64,000 nucleotides of DNA from Narcine bancroftii (GCF_036971445.1 NC_091469.1:303242001-303306000); one strand, 5' to 3'; positions 33,431-46,489 are shown, numbered from the stretch's first letter. Numbers and translations: made by a program. Notes: generated from the letters alone by a model not told the origin.

Positions 33431-34869
33431 TTATTGTTCTAGTGAAGAATTGGACTGGGTCACCATTGGACTTGGGAGCAGCTGGGTGTCAATTATCTTT
33501 CATTCGCTGGAGCTCGTGATCATTGACCAGTCTAAAACCTTGACTCTTGATCTGCTGCCTCCAATTGGATTCCCTCATCAAACTGCCACTTTCTTTGATG
33601 TAATGCCATTTTTGATTCTCTTGCCTGATCATCCATCAGTGTTAATATTTACAGACTAATTCTTCCTTCAAGCTTGGAGGTGTCCCTACATTAGGTCTAA
33701 ATAACTTAATGTCACAAAAGGAAGAGTTGAAGAAGGAAATATGATTCCTGTAATATGTACTGTATAGATTTCCAAAATAAAAAAAAACACAAGAGACTTT
33801 TTGTGAACATTAAAACCCATGGAATAGAAGGGGTAGAAGTAATATCAATGGATAATTTGTGAAGGAGCAGGAAATGGACAGTAAATGTGAAAGATTGCTG
33901 TTTCGATTGGATTCAACTGTGGTGTAACATTCACCTTGGCATTTAGGTGAGGTAGACAGTGCTTGGATAAAAGATTATGCTCAGATTATAATTGTTGCTT
34001 AGTTATTTGTTCAAAAAATATTTATTGACTAATGAGGCACTGATTAATTTTGTGCATGCTTCAGAGTTAATGGCATTTGTTAAAAGGGAAAGATTTTATG
34101 GTGTGAGAGTTTCAGCGACTCTACCATCCATCTCGCTGAATGACACAGCTAATGCTTTACATACAGCTGCATTTCTGTTGAGATTTTTAAACACATTGGT
34201 CTGAATCATACAAACCTGCTGCTCATTCATAGAGGAGCTACATTTTAAACATCACTGAAGACTCCAAATAGATCATAAAAAGTTCAGATAAATCTTTCCA
34301 GGAATCCGAATAAAACATTTGCAGGGTTAGATAATGAAATAAGTTAAATTTAAATATGAAGATATTGACAGACACTTGTTACTTTCTTTGGAAATATTAT
34401 GGATGTGGCCTTTGATATTTTCCCAGCAAAAGCATCCCAAGCAGTTGCAGCAATTTATAGACCTCTGGTATAGACCCGGAGGTCAAAGGTGCACACACCC
34501 AGAAAATAACTTTGTACAGTTACATATCACTCATTTATCCTGAAAAAAGTGGAGGAATTGGTGATTGAGAAAGATCTGGTGTCTGTGCAAAAATGTGGCT
34601 AAATTAGAATAAATCTAATGCACATGATCCATATCCCTCCATATCATACATATTCATGTGTCTGACTACAGACAGCATACACAGATCACAAAACCAATGT
34701 TACAACTCTAGCAATGTTCAATGCTCACTTGTCTTGTTATGTTTGCATGTTCTCTCCCTGACCAGACATGGTTCCTCATGTGCTCCTATTTATTTTTGCA
34801 TCCTAAAAGTATTTGCATTAGTGATTAATTCACCCTGTAAATGACCCTTGTAGGTCAATCAGTGGAAGA

Positions 34870-35200
34870 GTCATGGAGCAATACAATACAAAATGAGCTT
34901 TAAGCCCATGGTTACTGTCAACTACCCATTTCACTTATCCTACATTCATCCCATTTTTATTCTCCTCCCATTCTCTTAAACCTCCCCCAAATGTCACACC
35001 TACCTACATACTAAAGGCAATTTCGAGTGACCAATTTTCCTACCTATCCAATGGGAGGAAATTGGAGCACCCAAATGAATTCCACGTGGTCACAGGAAAA
35101 ATGGTGCAAATTCAACACAAGCACGAACGAAGTCATGATAGAACTTAGGGGTTGATGTTGTGAGGCAGCAGGTCTACTTTGCTGTGTTACTGTGCTGTCC
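34870..35200 (-). mobile_element. Degenerate tRNA-derived SINE
   Basis: gggaggaaattggagcaccc..ccacgtggtcacagg..gtgcaaattc is the reverse of the V core. Confidence 0.6.
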
Positions 35201-35799
35201 TATCTGGACCGAGTTGATGGGAACATGGGGAGGGTCAATGTGAAAATGAATGCATAATGGTCAATGTGGACTTGAAGGGCCTGTTTTGATGCTGTATCTT
35301 TGTATGAGCCAACACTGCACAATTCTCAGTGAATCAAACTTCAAGTAACAGACCCCAACTGGGAACTGTTTAAATGTGTAAATTCAGCTGGTTACCTTCA
35401 AAATACAAAAAAAGCCAGAAGAAATATTGTTGAAAAAAAAGTGTTTCCATGGCTATAAGAAAAATACAATCGACCTTAAGAAAAACATCTGATAAAAGAG
35501 TTGGCATTCTTTGCAGAATATTGCAAGCAGTTTATATCAGGGCAAAAACTCAATTTTATAAACTGGGAATCTTGAAATGCAGTCCAATAACTCCTGCTGG
35601 TATGTACACAAAAATCACAGTGCTCAGCAATGGAAGTTTTCCTCAGTTTGCTGGAAGAATCTTATTTCTGCAGAAAATGGCGTAATGTGGCATTTCTCAG
35701 CAGAGGTGGACTCCAAGAAACCTGAGCCAAGTTTTATGTTCTTTTCTTTGACGATGAGATTTGTGTCTGTTTGCTCCATGAGGTTTTGAAGTTTGTCCA

Positions 35800-36023
35800 C
35801 AAAACAAATACCCTTGGTATTCAGCACCTATAGGGATTGGTAGATGCCAGATAAGCAAATTTTCGGGTTGCTTGAGATTACCTGTTGTGATATTGGCGAA
35901 CTAATGGTGAGGCATGCCAATTATAAACTTCTGTATTTTTTTACCTATTTGTTTTATGCAATTTTTTTTGCCACTTCTTAAAGCTGCCAGTTGCTTGAAT
36001 TTTGGATTTCAAGAGTTTTACGG
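35800..36023. mobile_element. Tigger/pogo-like MITE
   Basis: cccttggtattcagcacctatagggattggtagatgccagataag ... gttgcttgaattttggatttcaagagttttacgg-TA; homologous to 8791-9013. Confidence 0.75.
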
Positions 36024-36358
36024 TACAAGTGATGTGGGTAACATAACATAACAATTACAGCACGGAAACAGGCCATTAGGCACTTACTTGAACATGTCAG
36101 AAGCATAGAGGACCTGAACAAAAGTAACAGGCTTTGTTTAATCTGCATTGCCCCCAGTCTTCAGTTTGAAAACGTATTCGATAATTCAATAAAGTTATAT
36201 CTTGAAACATACATAAGCATAATATGGTGACGCCTTTTCAATTTTCAAAACTCTTTGAACCAGTTATATTTCTCTTTAGTCCCTGATAGAAAAGAATATT
36301 GTTCAATCAGATGAAAGTGGATTGTACTGAGGGAACAGTTCATGGACCTACCTATATA

Positions 36359-36484
36359 AAAATTTTAGCAGGTGTAGCAAAGGACATTCAGAAACAAAAA
36401 AGAACAATTATTTTTATGAAAACTGCATTTTGTACAAGGATTTGTAGATCTGAAAATGCTTCACAGCAAATGGATTACATTGTT
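36359..36484 (+). repeat. Local direct duplication, copy A (copy B at 38971-39098)
   Basis: 126 bp identical to copy B except for the poly-A run length. Confidence 0.95.
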
Positions 36485-36699
36485 CAGAGCAACTTAAACA
36501 TATGTCCACAATTGAATAGAAAGTAATCTCTGAATGTGTGCTAAATTTTATATCGGGGAAATGAATGACTACAAAGTTAAAGGGAAGGAGAGTGCAGGAG
36601 AGTTTTTGAATTCTCAAAATTAAAAAAAAAATAGGAACGTTGAGAAAAGAATAGCAGTTTAAAATCTGGCAACATGGAGACAAATGTGAGAAGGAAGGT

Positions 36700-38165
36700 G
36701 AACATGGGACTGAAGGGGTTGTGCTTAAATGTGTATGAAACCAAGTAAAAATTGGCAGTTGTGACATCAGGGGCGTAACGCCAATCTGCTAAAAGAGGTT
36801 CACAGCTGGGAGCAAAACATCCAAAGATACACATACTTTTGTAAAGACAGGGAGGAGGGCAAAAGGACAGGTTGGGTGAATGGGCGGATGGAATATAACA
36901 GAGGGAAGTATCTGGTCATGCATTTTGCTTGATGGGTTTTCTAAATTGGGAAGGAATTTAGGAAGCAGAGGGTCCAAAGAGACTGGAGTCCTTGCACAGG
37001 AATCCCAGAAGGTCCATTTGCAGATTGAATTAGTAGTGAGGAAGGCAAATGCAATGTTAACATTTATTTGGAGAGGGCTAGAATATAAAAGGAAAGATGC
37101 AACCTGAGGCTTTATAAGGCATTGCTCAGACAATATTTGGAATATTGTGAGCAACTTTGGGCCCCGTATTTAAGGAAGGATATGCTTGCATTAGAGATAG
37201 TCCAATGGAGGCTTATGAGAATTGTCTGAGGGATGAGAGGGTTAACGAACGGAAAACATTTGATGGCTCTGGTCTTGTAATCACTGGAGTTTAGAAGGAT
37301 GGGGGGGTCCTCATCAAAGCTTACTGAATATTGAAAGGATGAGATGGAGTAGGCATGGAGATGTTTCCAGTAGTAGGAGAGTCAAGGACCAGAGGGCACA
37401 GCCTCAGAGTAAAAAGGCATCCCTTCAGAACAGAAATGAGTAGCAGACCTTCAGCCAGTGGGTAGTGAATCTGTGCAATTCGACCAACAGATGGCTGTGG
37501 AGGCCAAGTCATTGGGTATATTTAAAGCAGAGTTTAATAGGAAGGTAAGAACACAACATATAGGACCAGGAGCAGGGCATCTGGCCCATCAGCTTGCTCT
37601 GCCTCTCAACGATGTCATAGCTGATCTGATGAAGGGCTCATCTCCACCTAACTGCCTCCCCCCCCCCCCGCCCATATCCCTTAATTCTCCTACTTTGTAA
37701 AAATCTATCCAACCGTGTCTTAAATGTATTCACTGAGGCTGCCTCAATGGGGAGCAAATTCCATAGATTCACCTCCCTCTGGGAAAAGCAGTTCCTCATC
37801 ATCTCTGTCTTAAACGTGCTTCCCTGGATCTTGAGGCTATGTTCTGTTTTACGAGTTTCCCCCACCAACGGAAACAACTTACCTACCTCTATCTTATCCA
37901 TGCTTTTCATAATTTTATACCTTTTTATAAGATCTCTTCTCACTCTTCTAAATTCAAATGAGTACAGCCCCAGATGACTCAATCTCTCCTCATAGGCTAA
38001 CCCCTCATCTTTTTGATTAGTGAGCATGTCAAACTGTATGAGGAGAAGGCAGGAGAATGTAGTTGAAAGGAAAAATACATAAGCCATGATTTGAATAGTG
38101 CAGCAGATTCAATGGGCTTGAATGATTTAAATCTGCTCCTAAATCTTATAATCTTATATGACCAT
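36700..38165 (+). mobile_element. CR1 LINE remnant, split by an antisense CR1 insertion
   Basis: VVRKANAML.FI.RGLEYK, ctttataaggcattg..ttggaatattgtgagca; tail resumes at ~38009 (tttgattagt..gagaaggcaggagaatg..cttatatg). Confidence 0.75.
37545..38008 (-). mobile_element. CR1 LINE 3' fragment nested antisense in another CR1
   Basis: Minus-strand GLAYEERLSHLGLYSFEFRRVRRDLIK.YKIMK..FKTEM.RNCFSQR.VNLWN. Confidence 0.85.
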
Positions 38166-38284
38166 GTGTGTTTTGAACTACAGAACAGAAGCACATTGGT
38201 AGTGCAATTCAAACTGAGTGAAAGACTGGCTGAAATTCTACTTCGTTATGCATAGGAGGTTGCTTGCTTAAGGTAAAATTAGAC

Positions 38285-38576
38285 CAGTGGTTCTCAAACC
38301 TTTTCTTTCCACTCACAGACTACTTTAAGTAATCCCTATGCCATTGGTGCTCTGTGATAAGTAAGGGATTGCTTAAGGTGGTCTGTGAGTGGGAAGGGAA
38401 GGTTGAGAACCACTGCTCTAGACCCAATTGTTATTGAAATATTTTGCTTGAGAAAAATTGTCGTTGGCCCATTTCCTTTGGAATTATGAAACCATGCACA
38501 TAACGAGTCAATCCCTTACTAAGAGGAATTACTTAAAGTGGTATGTGAGTGGAAAGAAAAAGATTGAGAACCACTG
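38285..38576. mobile_element. Composite hAT MITE, copy 2 (internal deletion)
   Basis: TIRs cagtggttctcaa / ttgagaaccactg; TSD aattagac/gattagac; same spacer as copy 1. Confidence 0.9.
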
Positions 38577-38970
38577 GATTAGACAAAGAATTCTACTTGA
38601 AATTCCAATCTGCTATATTCATCAAAAATGTTGGCCCATTTGAAATAGTTTGGCACAACAAGTTATGCAGAGATAAAATTAGACAATTCGCTGTTTTCTG
38701 GTAAAGAGGCCTATTAAATTATGACAAGCAGAGTTCAGAGCCAGCAGATTTCCATCAGAGAGAAGGGGAAGGCTGGCAAATATAGGGAGCCTTGATTGAA
38801 AAGGATATTGAGGTTCTAGTCATGCGGCAAGCTTAGGCACTGGATATCAAACGACTCTATCAATTTATCACCTACCTGTCCAATTATATGTTGATGCTAT
38901 TGGCCAGAAATGCATTTGAAAGGCATGTAAAAGCAAGTTTGTGTCCCTTTCATACTATATACCCAACAGC

Positions 38971-39098
38971 AAAATTTTAGCAGGTGTAGCAAAGGACATT
39001 CAGAAACAAAAAAAAGAACAATTATTTTTATGAAAACTGCATTTTGTACAAGGATTTGTAGATCTGAAAATGCTTCACAGCAAATGGATTACATTGTT
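38971..39098 (+). repeat. Local direct duplication, copy B
   Basis: Matches 36359-36484. Confidence 0.95.
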
Positions 39099-39880
39099 TA
39101 ATTATGGTCACTGTTCCATGGATAAATAAGGCAGACCACAGTCAGTTTCCTCAAGTTGCAATGAGATTAATTTTACAGAATTAATATATTCGTATACTGT
39201 AAAGTGAAAAAGGACAGAATGAAGCAAATATTAAAATGAGACTCACCTGGAGAAGGTGTGAATGAAAAATGGATGAATGTTGTCTGCAATTTCCAAATGA
39301 AAAATTACTTAAATGCTGCAAATCTGAAAGGCAAATACTGATATTGTTAAATTTTGCAACGAGTCCATAAAGCTGTAATGCAACTTGTCAGAAGATATGG
39401 ATCAGCTTCTGGAGCAGTGAGTAGGCCAAGAACAGAGTCAGAATAGGCTAGGAAATTGAACTGAGATAAGTCACTTGTGAAAAAGTTTGGAGGGTTGGTA
39501 GGGTGAAAAATTCCAGCTAACGTAACAAGAGAATCTCAATGCATTTTTTTGAAGTGCTGCTGCATTATATTCTGAGAAAAATAGTTTTGGTTTGGGTGAA
39601 CCAAAATTTCCTGGTGCCTGTAAGTCACTTCCTTCCCATGAGGGCAGTCTTTATCTGGAGCAGATCTTCTTGAACAAACATGGCGAGGCTGAGCAGAGCA
39701 AGGAGCTGAGAATCATGGATGGTCAACCAAGGGTGTTGCAGCCAAACAGAACAGGAAGTTGAGATTCATGGGATTGATCCCAGACATAGATGAAAGTTCC
39801 AGTCCACAAACTAACTGAGCCAGACATGGAGCTCAGGCCAGGGAGACTGTGGCAAATCTATCAGTTTTTATTCGGTATTG

Positions 39881-40364
39881 CTGTCAAGTCACTCATCTGA
39901 GTGTTAGTGGTATGATGTAACCTAGTATATTACCTGTTGCATTGTTGCTTGGTCGGTGACTAAACCAGCTCCCCCACCAGGCTGGCATGGTGCGGAGGGT
40001 GACTAGACACCCTGCACGATGAAAAACAAGACCTGTCGAAAGGCAGACGAACCCTCTCACAGGGTCAATGGCCATCTAGCAAACGTGCTGTGAAGCACGG
40101 AAGGGGCATCCCTTGCATTGAAGCTTAGTCTGGCCATTCACTTCAACAGAACTTCCCCCAGTCATCTTGGATCTCACCATGCTGCTGGATCTGGGAGGGG
40201 ATATCGAGAGGGTGGGTCTGGACCTTTGCAAACCCCTACTCACCTAAATCATTCATGCACATGCTACTCCTTTCTGAGAAGTGAGGTATCCTCATTTAAA
40301 CCCCACAAACTGACTGAAAGGAACCATCTTCATCCTATGGGATAGATAGCCAGAAGAAGAAAAA
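39881..40364 (+). mobile_element. Non-coding retroposon with (aga)n tail, probably RTE-mobilised
   Basis: GC-richer than flanks; ends gatagccagaagaagaaaaa; candidate 7-bp TSD ggtattg (39874-39880 / 40365-40371). Confidence 0.5.
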
Positions 40365-41619
40365 GGTATTGAATGTTTAAAGCAAGTGTTGGTCCATAGG
40401 GTTACCAACAGTACAAAGCTAGACATAATGGAGCAATGGTTTGCTTGGAATTAAATTTCCTCCTTAAACTCTGTTCATGACTTTTTAATGTCAGTTCTTG
40501 TTATACTGTGCAACCAGGTCAGGGCAATGTGCACCTTGTATTCCATCTTGGCATCTCTGATCTGATGGCATCAACATCGAAACATTGATCACCAATTACC
40601 GGTAATATCCAATCTTTCTCATTTATTCCTCTCCTCTGAAAGGATGGAATGGCTGAATCTGTGCTTCATCCAATCCAATGCAAGCGAACTGAACACATTT
40701 CCGAAGCTGGATACTGGGAAATGGCAGGTCCTTGCTGGGCACCAATATCACTTAGCCAAGTTGACAATAGTCTCCTTGTAGCCTTTGGGTAGGAAACAAT
40801 AGAGATTTGAATGTCAATCAAGAGTAATATGTTGACCTAGAGATTAGCTTAGAGGAAATTCACTTGCAGCAATTTCTTTTTGTGCATGAATAAGCACATA
40901 ATATATGATTCTTGATAAGTTTTGCAGTGTTTGCAAACATTTTCTGGTCATTGCTGTGATTCATCCTGAAACTGATGAAATTTTATCATTGTATCTTGAG
41001 TATGTGACCATATTATTAACCTGCAACATAAAATGGGTCAACAGGATGTGAGTTATAACCTGCATTATTGATATAAAATTCAACAAGGTGTTTATCATAC
41101 TGAAACTAGCAAAACCTATATTGCCATTATTATGAATTCAAAGTGATCTCTTATTCTTATTTATTCAAAACTTTGTTAGCAGCATTTATTAATGTAAATC
41201 AGGCTGCTTCAGGGGTCTCCCCAGAGTATGTTTCGGCCCTACCCCTATTATGGTCTTCCCCAATTCAATTCATCCCTTATCTGTTTGACCTCATCCCAGC
41301 TGCAGTTGCTTGCTGCAAGGAAGAGATCACTTCAACCGTGTAGATCCACTTGCCATTCATCAGCACACAAATGACAAAGCTTCTTCCTGCTGAGAAATTG
41401 GCAGTGTATTTAAAACACACAGATTTAATTTTAACGTTTCTTAAAATATTTGAATCACAGTTATTCTCAAAACAGAATTATGCTTCTTTTTGTGACATTT
41501 AATTTGGCATTGGTACAAATGAAAGTGCCTATTTAGTGCACCAATGTGGGTACAATCTGATTTCTTTGCACATCAAAGTTAACTTCCTGGATATTCATTT
41601 TATTTTAATAAATATCTTT

Positions 41620-41877
41620 GGGGTGGCATGGTTAGCGCAGCAGTTAATGTAATGCCGTTATGGCCCCAGCGATCGGGTCTGGGATTTGAATCCTGCGCAG
41701 TCTGTAAGGATGTCCTCCCCGTGTCCGTGTGGATATCCTCTGGGTGTTCAGGTTTCCTCCCACCTTTCAAAAAGAAATGTTCCAGGGGTGGTGGGGGGGA
41801 GTTGTAGATCAATTGGGTGTAATTTGGCAGCATGGGCACGTGGGCCGAAATGGCCTGTTATGTCTAAACTTTAAAAA
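41620..41877 (+). mobile_element. tRNA-derived SINE (HE1/V-SINE-like)
   Basis: gggtggcatggttagc head, tttgaatcc B box, ggtttcctcccac core, gggccgaaatggcctgtt tail. Confidence 0.85.
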
Positions 41878-42395
41878 GTTGACAATACCGAATGACTAGT
41901 TCAGTAGTTTTATTTGTCATTTTATTTTGATAGTTGGCTGCTAAGGACCATTTTTTCATTAGTGCCATTGATGGAAAATTCCAATTTGTGGTACTTGCAG
42001 CTTTTATCCTGTAGTGTTCATCGTTAACAAAAGACTTGGTTAGTGTAGATTCAAGGAATCTGAGACTGTTGTGATGAGGAATAATGAGGGAAATAATTGT
42101 AGGAAATGTTCTCGCAATGCCATTTAAAAACATAATTCAAAACATTTTTCTAAGTATAATAATTTTTTTCTTTGATGGACATCTGATGAAGGCTGACGGC
42201 AGTGGGAATGCACAAGCCTTGACCTACAAACTCACCATCGAGGTGTGTGGTCTATAGGGCAGACACAACTTTCCTGTAAAATGCGACATCAATAGTCTTA
42301 ATTGGCTACTATTTAAGCACTGGTGTATTTTGTTAGATTATCTTAATTTTTCTGAAATTAGAAGAATATTTCTGGATTATTTTGTCTATCTAGAC

Positions 42396-43197
42396 CACAC
42401 ATGTCAAACTCAGGCCCGCGGGCCAAATTTGGCCCATGATATAATTATATTTGGCCCGCAAGATCATATCAAATATGTATTAGAGCTGGCCCGCTGGCCA
42501 CCGCGCCAGTATAGCGCATGCACAGCTAATACTACAAATCCCAGAATGCTTTGCAAATGCGTTGGCGCCGGCCCGTCAGCCCGCTAATTGCCCCCACCTC
42601 CTCTCTTTACTTTCATTAGCATCTGCGACCTGTCGCCCAACTCACATGTAATAAACCCCTTACGAAAAATGGCCAAACGAAAGACAGAAAACAAGACCTT
42701 TCAAGACAGGTGGTAGGCAAACTCTGACCCCAGAGTTTGATGAACTTGTATCTAAGAGATGCCAAGTATCTGGTTTTAGACCCAGGTGCATCAGAGTAAA
42801 TCACAGTGTAGCAAGCTAAGCTTGGATTAATATTTTCTTTGGTTAACTTTGGTCTCTTCATAGTTGAAAGATTGGATTTTCATTGAAGCAAGTTGTTATT
42901 TTTTTGACTTGTTGGCTTGTGAAAAAAAATACATTTAAAAGGAGCTTAAAGGTTATAGAGAAATATTATTTATTTAATATTTTATTTCTCATTTGTTAAT
43001 GCTTCTTCTGGAAAGAGTTTAACCAAAACTATTATTAAACATTTATTTTAATAAGACAAAGTTTAACATTACATATGTTGAAAGAAGAGAAAACATGCAG
43101 ATGTGGTTGAAAATTTTCAATAAATATTTAGTTTGGCCCACGACTTAGTCTAAGTTTTTAATTTTGGCCCTCTGTGAATTTGAGTTTGACACCCCTG
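42396..43197 (+). mobile_element. Non-autonomous hAT (Charlie/SPIN-group) element, copy 2; retains transposase N-terminus (42669-) and C-terminus QTLTPEFDELVSKRCQVSG (42718-42774)
   Basis: Same TIRs as copy 1; perfect 8-bp TSD ATCTAGAC (42388-42395, 43198-43205), matching the Charlie NTCTAGAN target preference. Confidence 0.93.
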
Positions 43198-43674
43198 ATC
43201 TAGACCATTCAGAAACATTTATAGGTTTTGACAGCTTTTATATTTCTGAATCAACTTGCTTTTTGATGCCAGAGGGGGAAAAAAAATCTTATTGCTGAAA
43301 CATCAAATATTCAGAAAAAAAATGAACAGTTATCACTTTTCTCCGAAATTACTACATGATTTGTTTGTTAGAAGTGTAGAAGTATTTGCAGAAGGAGTGG
43401 TACGGAAATGTTGGTTATTGAGAAGACCATTGAAAGATTGTATCTTTTCCTTTGAAGATTTGGTTTCCCGAAGTAATATTTTAATTGATCTCTTTGATTA
43501 GAAAGTTGTTTTACAAGGATGTTGGGGGGTGAATGTTCAATAACGAGGTGCATTCAAGATTGATCATTAGTCTTTTGGGAACTCTGATCCAAGGGATTTG
43601 GGGATTGGTCAGAAAAGCCAAGTGACGGAGCTGGCTCAAGAGGATGACTGGTCTACTTGTTCTGTTTCTTTAAT

Positions 43675-44390
43675 TAAGACTGAACATACTGGATATGCTC
43701 AATACATCAGGCAGTATCTGCAGAGAGAGAAAAGCAGATTATTTTTTTGTCAACGACTTTTTATCATCATTATCCTATTTTCTAAATTTGGATGGCATTA
43801 ATATCAACTTCCAATTTCCATTAAATCTCTCCCTAGGTCTCTCTTGTTCCCCAATATTCTGTCTCCCCATCCCCTTCCCTCTCCATTCAGAGAGCTACAC
43901 CCTTCTCCTATCATTTGTCAGCTTTTTTTTAAATCTCTTCTACCCTCCCACCTATATTCACCTATGTCCTCTCACCTGTTAGTCTGTACTCCTTCTTCTC
44001 ATCCCACCTTCTAATTTAGGCACCTGCTCATTTTTAAAAAAAGAAATACAACATGTTAACAGGCCCACAAGCCCATGCTGTCCAGTTTCACCCAACTGAC
44101 CCACAATTCGGTACGTTTTGGAGGGCGGGAAGAAACCCAGGCAGACACTTGGAGCCTGTACAAACTCCATACAAACAGTGGCAGATTCTAACCCGGGTCA
44201 CTGGCGCTGCAACAGCAGAGCACTAGCTGCTACACTAGCCATGCCACCTTTTGATTATACCTTGACAAAGAGCTCAGACCCAAAATATCAGTTACCCTTT
44301 ACTTCCTATCGATGCCGCATGACTTGCTGAGTGTGTGTGCACTACAATCACAACGTCTGCAGACTTTTCTGTTTCACCCAAAATTTGAAG
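43675..44390 (+). mobile_element. Penelope-like element 3' remnant with inverted terminal copy; contains a SINE
   Basis: gatggcattaatatcaacttc (DGININF, endonuclease C-terminus), pyrimidine-rich tract, terminal ..gacttgctgag..acaatcacaacgtctgcagac. Confidence 0.6.
44035..44250 (-). mobile_element. tRNA-derived SINE
   Basis: aacaggcccacaagcccatgc..gggaagaaacc..tacaaactcc..tacactagccatgccacc is the reverse complement of the family. Confidence 0.8.
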
Positions 44391-45939
44391 TGCCAGTTGT
44401 TTTGAATCACATTTATAAACAGCTTGTATATCACACATAGCCATGAGGCAGCTGCATTATGAAACACTCTCCTGCTGTCCAGGGCCTTCCTACATCTTGT
44501 GTTCATCAACATCATTCAGATGAGGTAAAACTTCATGCAATAGTCAATGTTTAAGTCGACCAGCTCCCTATTGACCATCAGATTAGTCTCAACATGCTCA
44601 CAACTTCAGCTCAGCATTAATTTCCACTCAAAACACTTCCACAGATGTTCCAGGGATGTTATCAATTCCAACTCTCAAATAAGACTGACTTATTGCTGGC
44701 AGATTCACTGTGTCTTTGGCTCAAAAATCTAGCACCAATCTGGCGACATAAATCAGTTCTGTTTCTTGACAAATTTAACCCCAACGATGCTCTATTTCAG
44801 ATTGCCAATGAACCCTGATGAACTGTTGCAGTGACCCTGCCTAAATTACAAAGAAATTTCCAACATTTTCAGTGTTTATTCCCACTTGTAGAACTTGTGG
44901 TATTTTGCATTTTTTTAAACTATTGCCTCAGCATCTAGCACTTGGCCTGTCACATTTTGACAACCATGCTTTTTTTGGGAAAACTTTCTTTTTCTAATCT
45001 TAAGTTTGAAACGTTGACTAATGCTCCCAGATTTCTCAAAATAACATCAATATTCCCAAGGGCTCTCCTCTGCAACTTTTTAATTCTTTCATCGAGCTAC
45101 ATCTTTACTTGAAAGTATAATGAGAGAATAAACTTAAAATAGCAAGCCAAACAATTTTTTTTTTGGGGGGGGGTTATTTTAGTCACACAAGAGAGGGGGA
45201 GGTGAAGGATAATCTTTTTGCACTAGATCTTGAGAATAACAATTTGGTGTGTATAAATGGCTGGAATACCCCAGGAAACAGTTGAGCTTGATGAATAAAA
45301 ACTGTCAATTTTAACCAAGATAAAGCAAAATTATGTTAGTTAGTTAGCTCACAAACCTTTCACTGTTGCAGAAGAAACCCAATACAGGAATTGCTCTAAA
45401 CTCAACGTATATGTTAGATATTAATATTCTGAAACTCAAAGTACTCATTATAAGAATCTGAATCCATTAGAATGATGCATTGAATGTTATTTCAACAAAA
45501 TACTCCAGGTTCATTGTAAGGAAATGCATATTAATATCAGGGTCCTTTCCCAGGCCAACATTCCTATTAATGAGGCTCAGTTATTCTAGATCATCTGTGT
45601 CTGGCATTCTATGTTGCAGGTCCAACACCAGAATCCCAAAGCAAGCATACTATTCTGAGTTCTATCATGGGAAATGAGTACTAGATGAATGAAGAGAAAC
45701 ATTCAATAATGTGTTGAAAGAACAAATGCAATATCCTCACTGACATTTAAGAATTCCTGGCCTATGACACAAAGAACCTCAACCCTATGCATTGGAAGCA
45801 TACAGAAGCTCCGTGGAGAGTGGAAGAGCACACCATCTCAGCAGCTGTACAAGATCAAAAACGGCATTGAATTGAAGTTAGTAATACATCATCTTCTCAA
45901 AACATTCCAAAAAGAGCAATTAAAGGGCTAGGTTCCAAT

Positions 45940-46135
45940 TTTAAATTGAGATTTGCCAATGTTTGTAAAACCACTTTCCAAAATTTTTACAAACTAGGGA
46001 AAGTCCAGAACATATGAATAAAAGAAGCATCACCTGCTCTACATTGATTACATCGGGGATTTGTGTCCATAAAAAGACTAGGGAATTTAACTTCAGACTT
46101 ATGTGCTCTGTGTATCATTTTGAATTGCAGCAGAC
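45940..46135 (-). mobile_element. L1 ORF2 fragment
   Basis: LLQFKMIHRAH.S..CNQC...ASFIHMFW..P.L, the same region as 11414-11626. Confidence 0.75.
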
Positions 46136-46345
46136 AGCACATGGCTAAGGTTCCACTGATCCAGTGCCTCATGACTTTCTGGATGAGTCTCTCATAGGGG
46201 ACCTTGTAAAGTGCCTTGCTAAAATTCACGTAGGTCACATCTCCCACCCTACCTTTATCAATTTCTGCGGCCAAAGAGGATTCAAAGATCGTAGCTACTG
46301 CCACAGCTATTGCTTCTCTCACTTTCACAACTATCTGGGGAACAT
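46136..46345 (-). mobile_element. CR1 RT fragment
   Basis: IDKGRVGDV.YVNFSKA..KVPYERLIQKV, cf. VDVVYLDFSKAFDKVPH. Confidence 0.7.
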
Positions 46346-46489
46346 GACCCGACACGACAGGATACATGGGAGGTGAGCTAGGGTCATGTCAGGTCATACT
46401 TGATGCCAAACTCCAACTTTGATGAGCAGATGTAATCTACTGTAAAAAAGTGCTGGTTTTTTGAAGTTTGCAGTTTTCGGAATTCTGAA

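Noticed and set aside
40500-40760. Possible ancient Meta/Sauria-like SINE core (gaaaggatggaatggctgaatc)
   Set aside because: Similarity is limited to ~25 bp recalled from memory; boundaries cannot be defined.
45987-46367. 126-aa ORF joining CR1 RT-like and L1 zinc-finger-like peptides (apparent chimeric protein)
   Set aside because: Chance in-frame juxtaposition of two short decayed LINE fragments with degenerate motifs.
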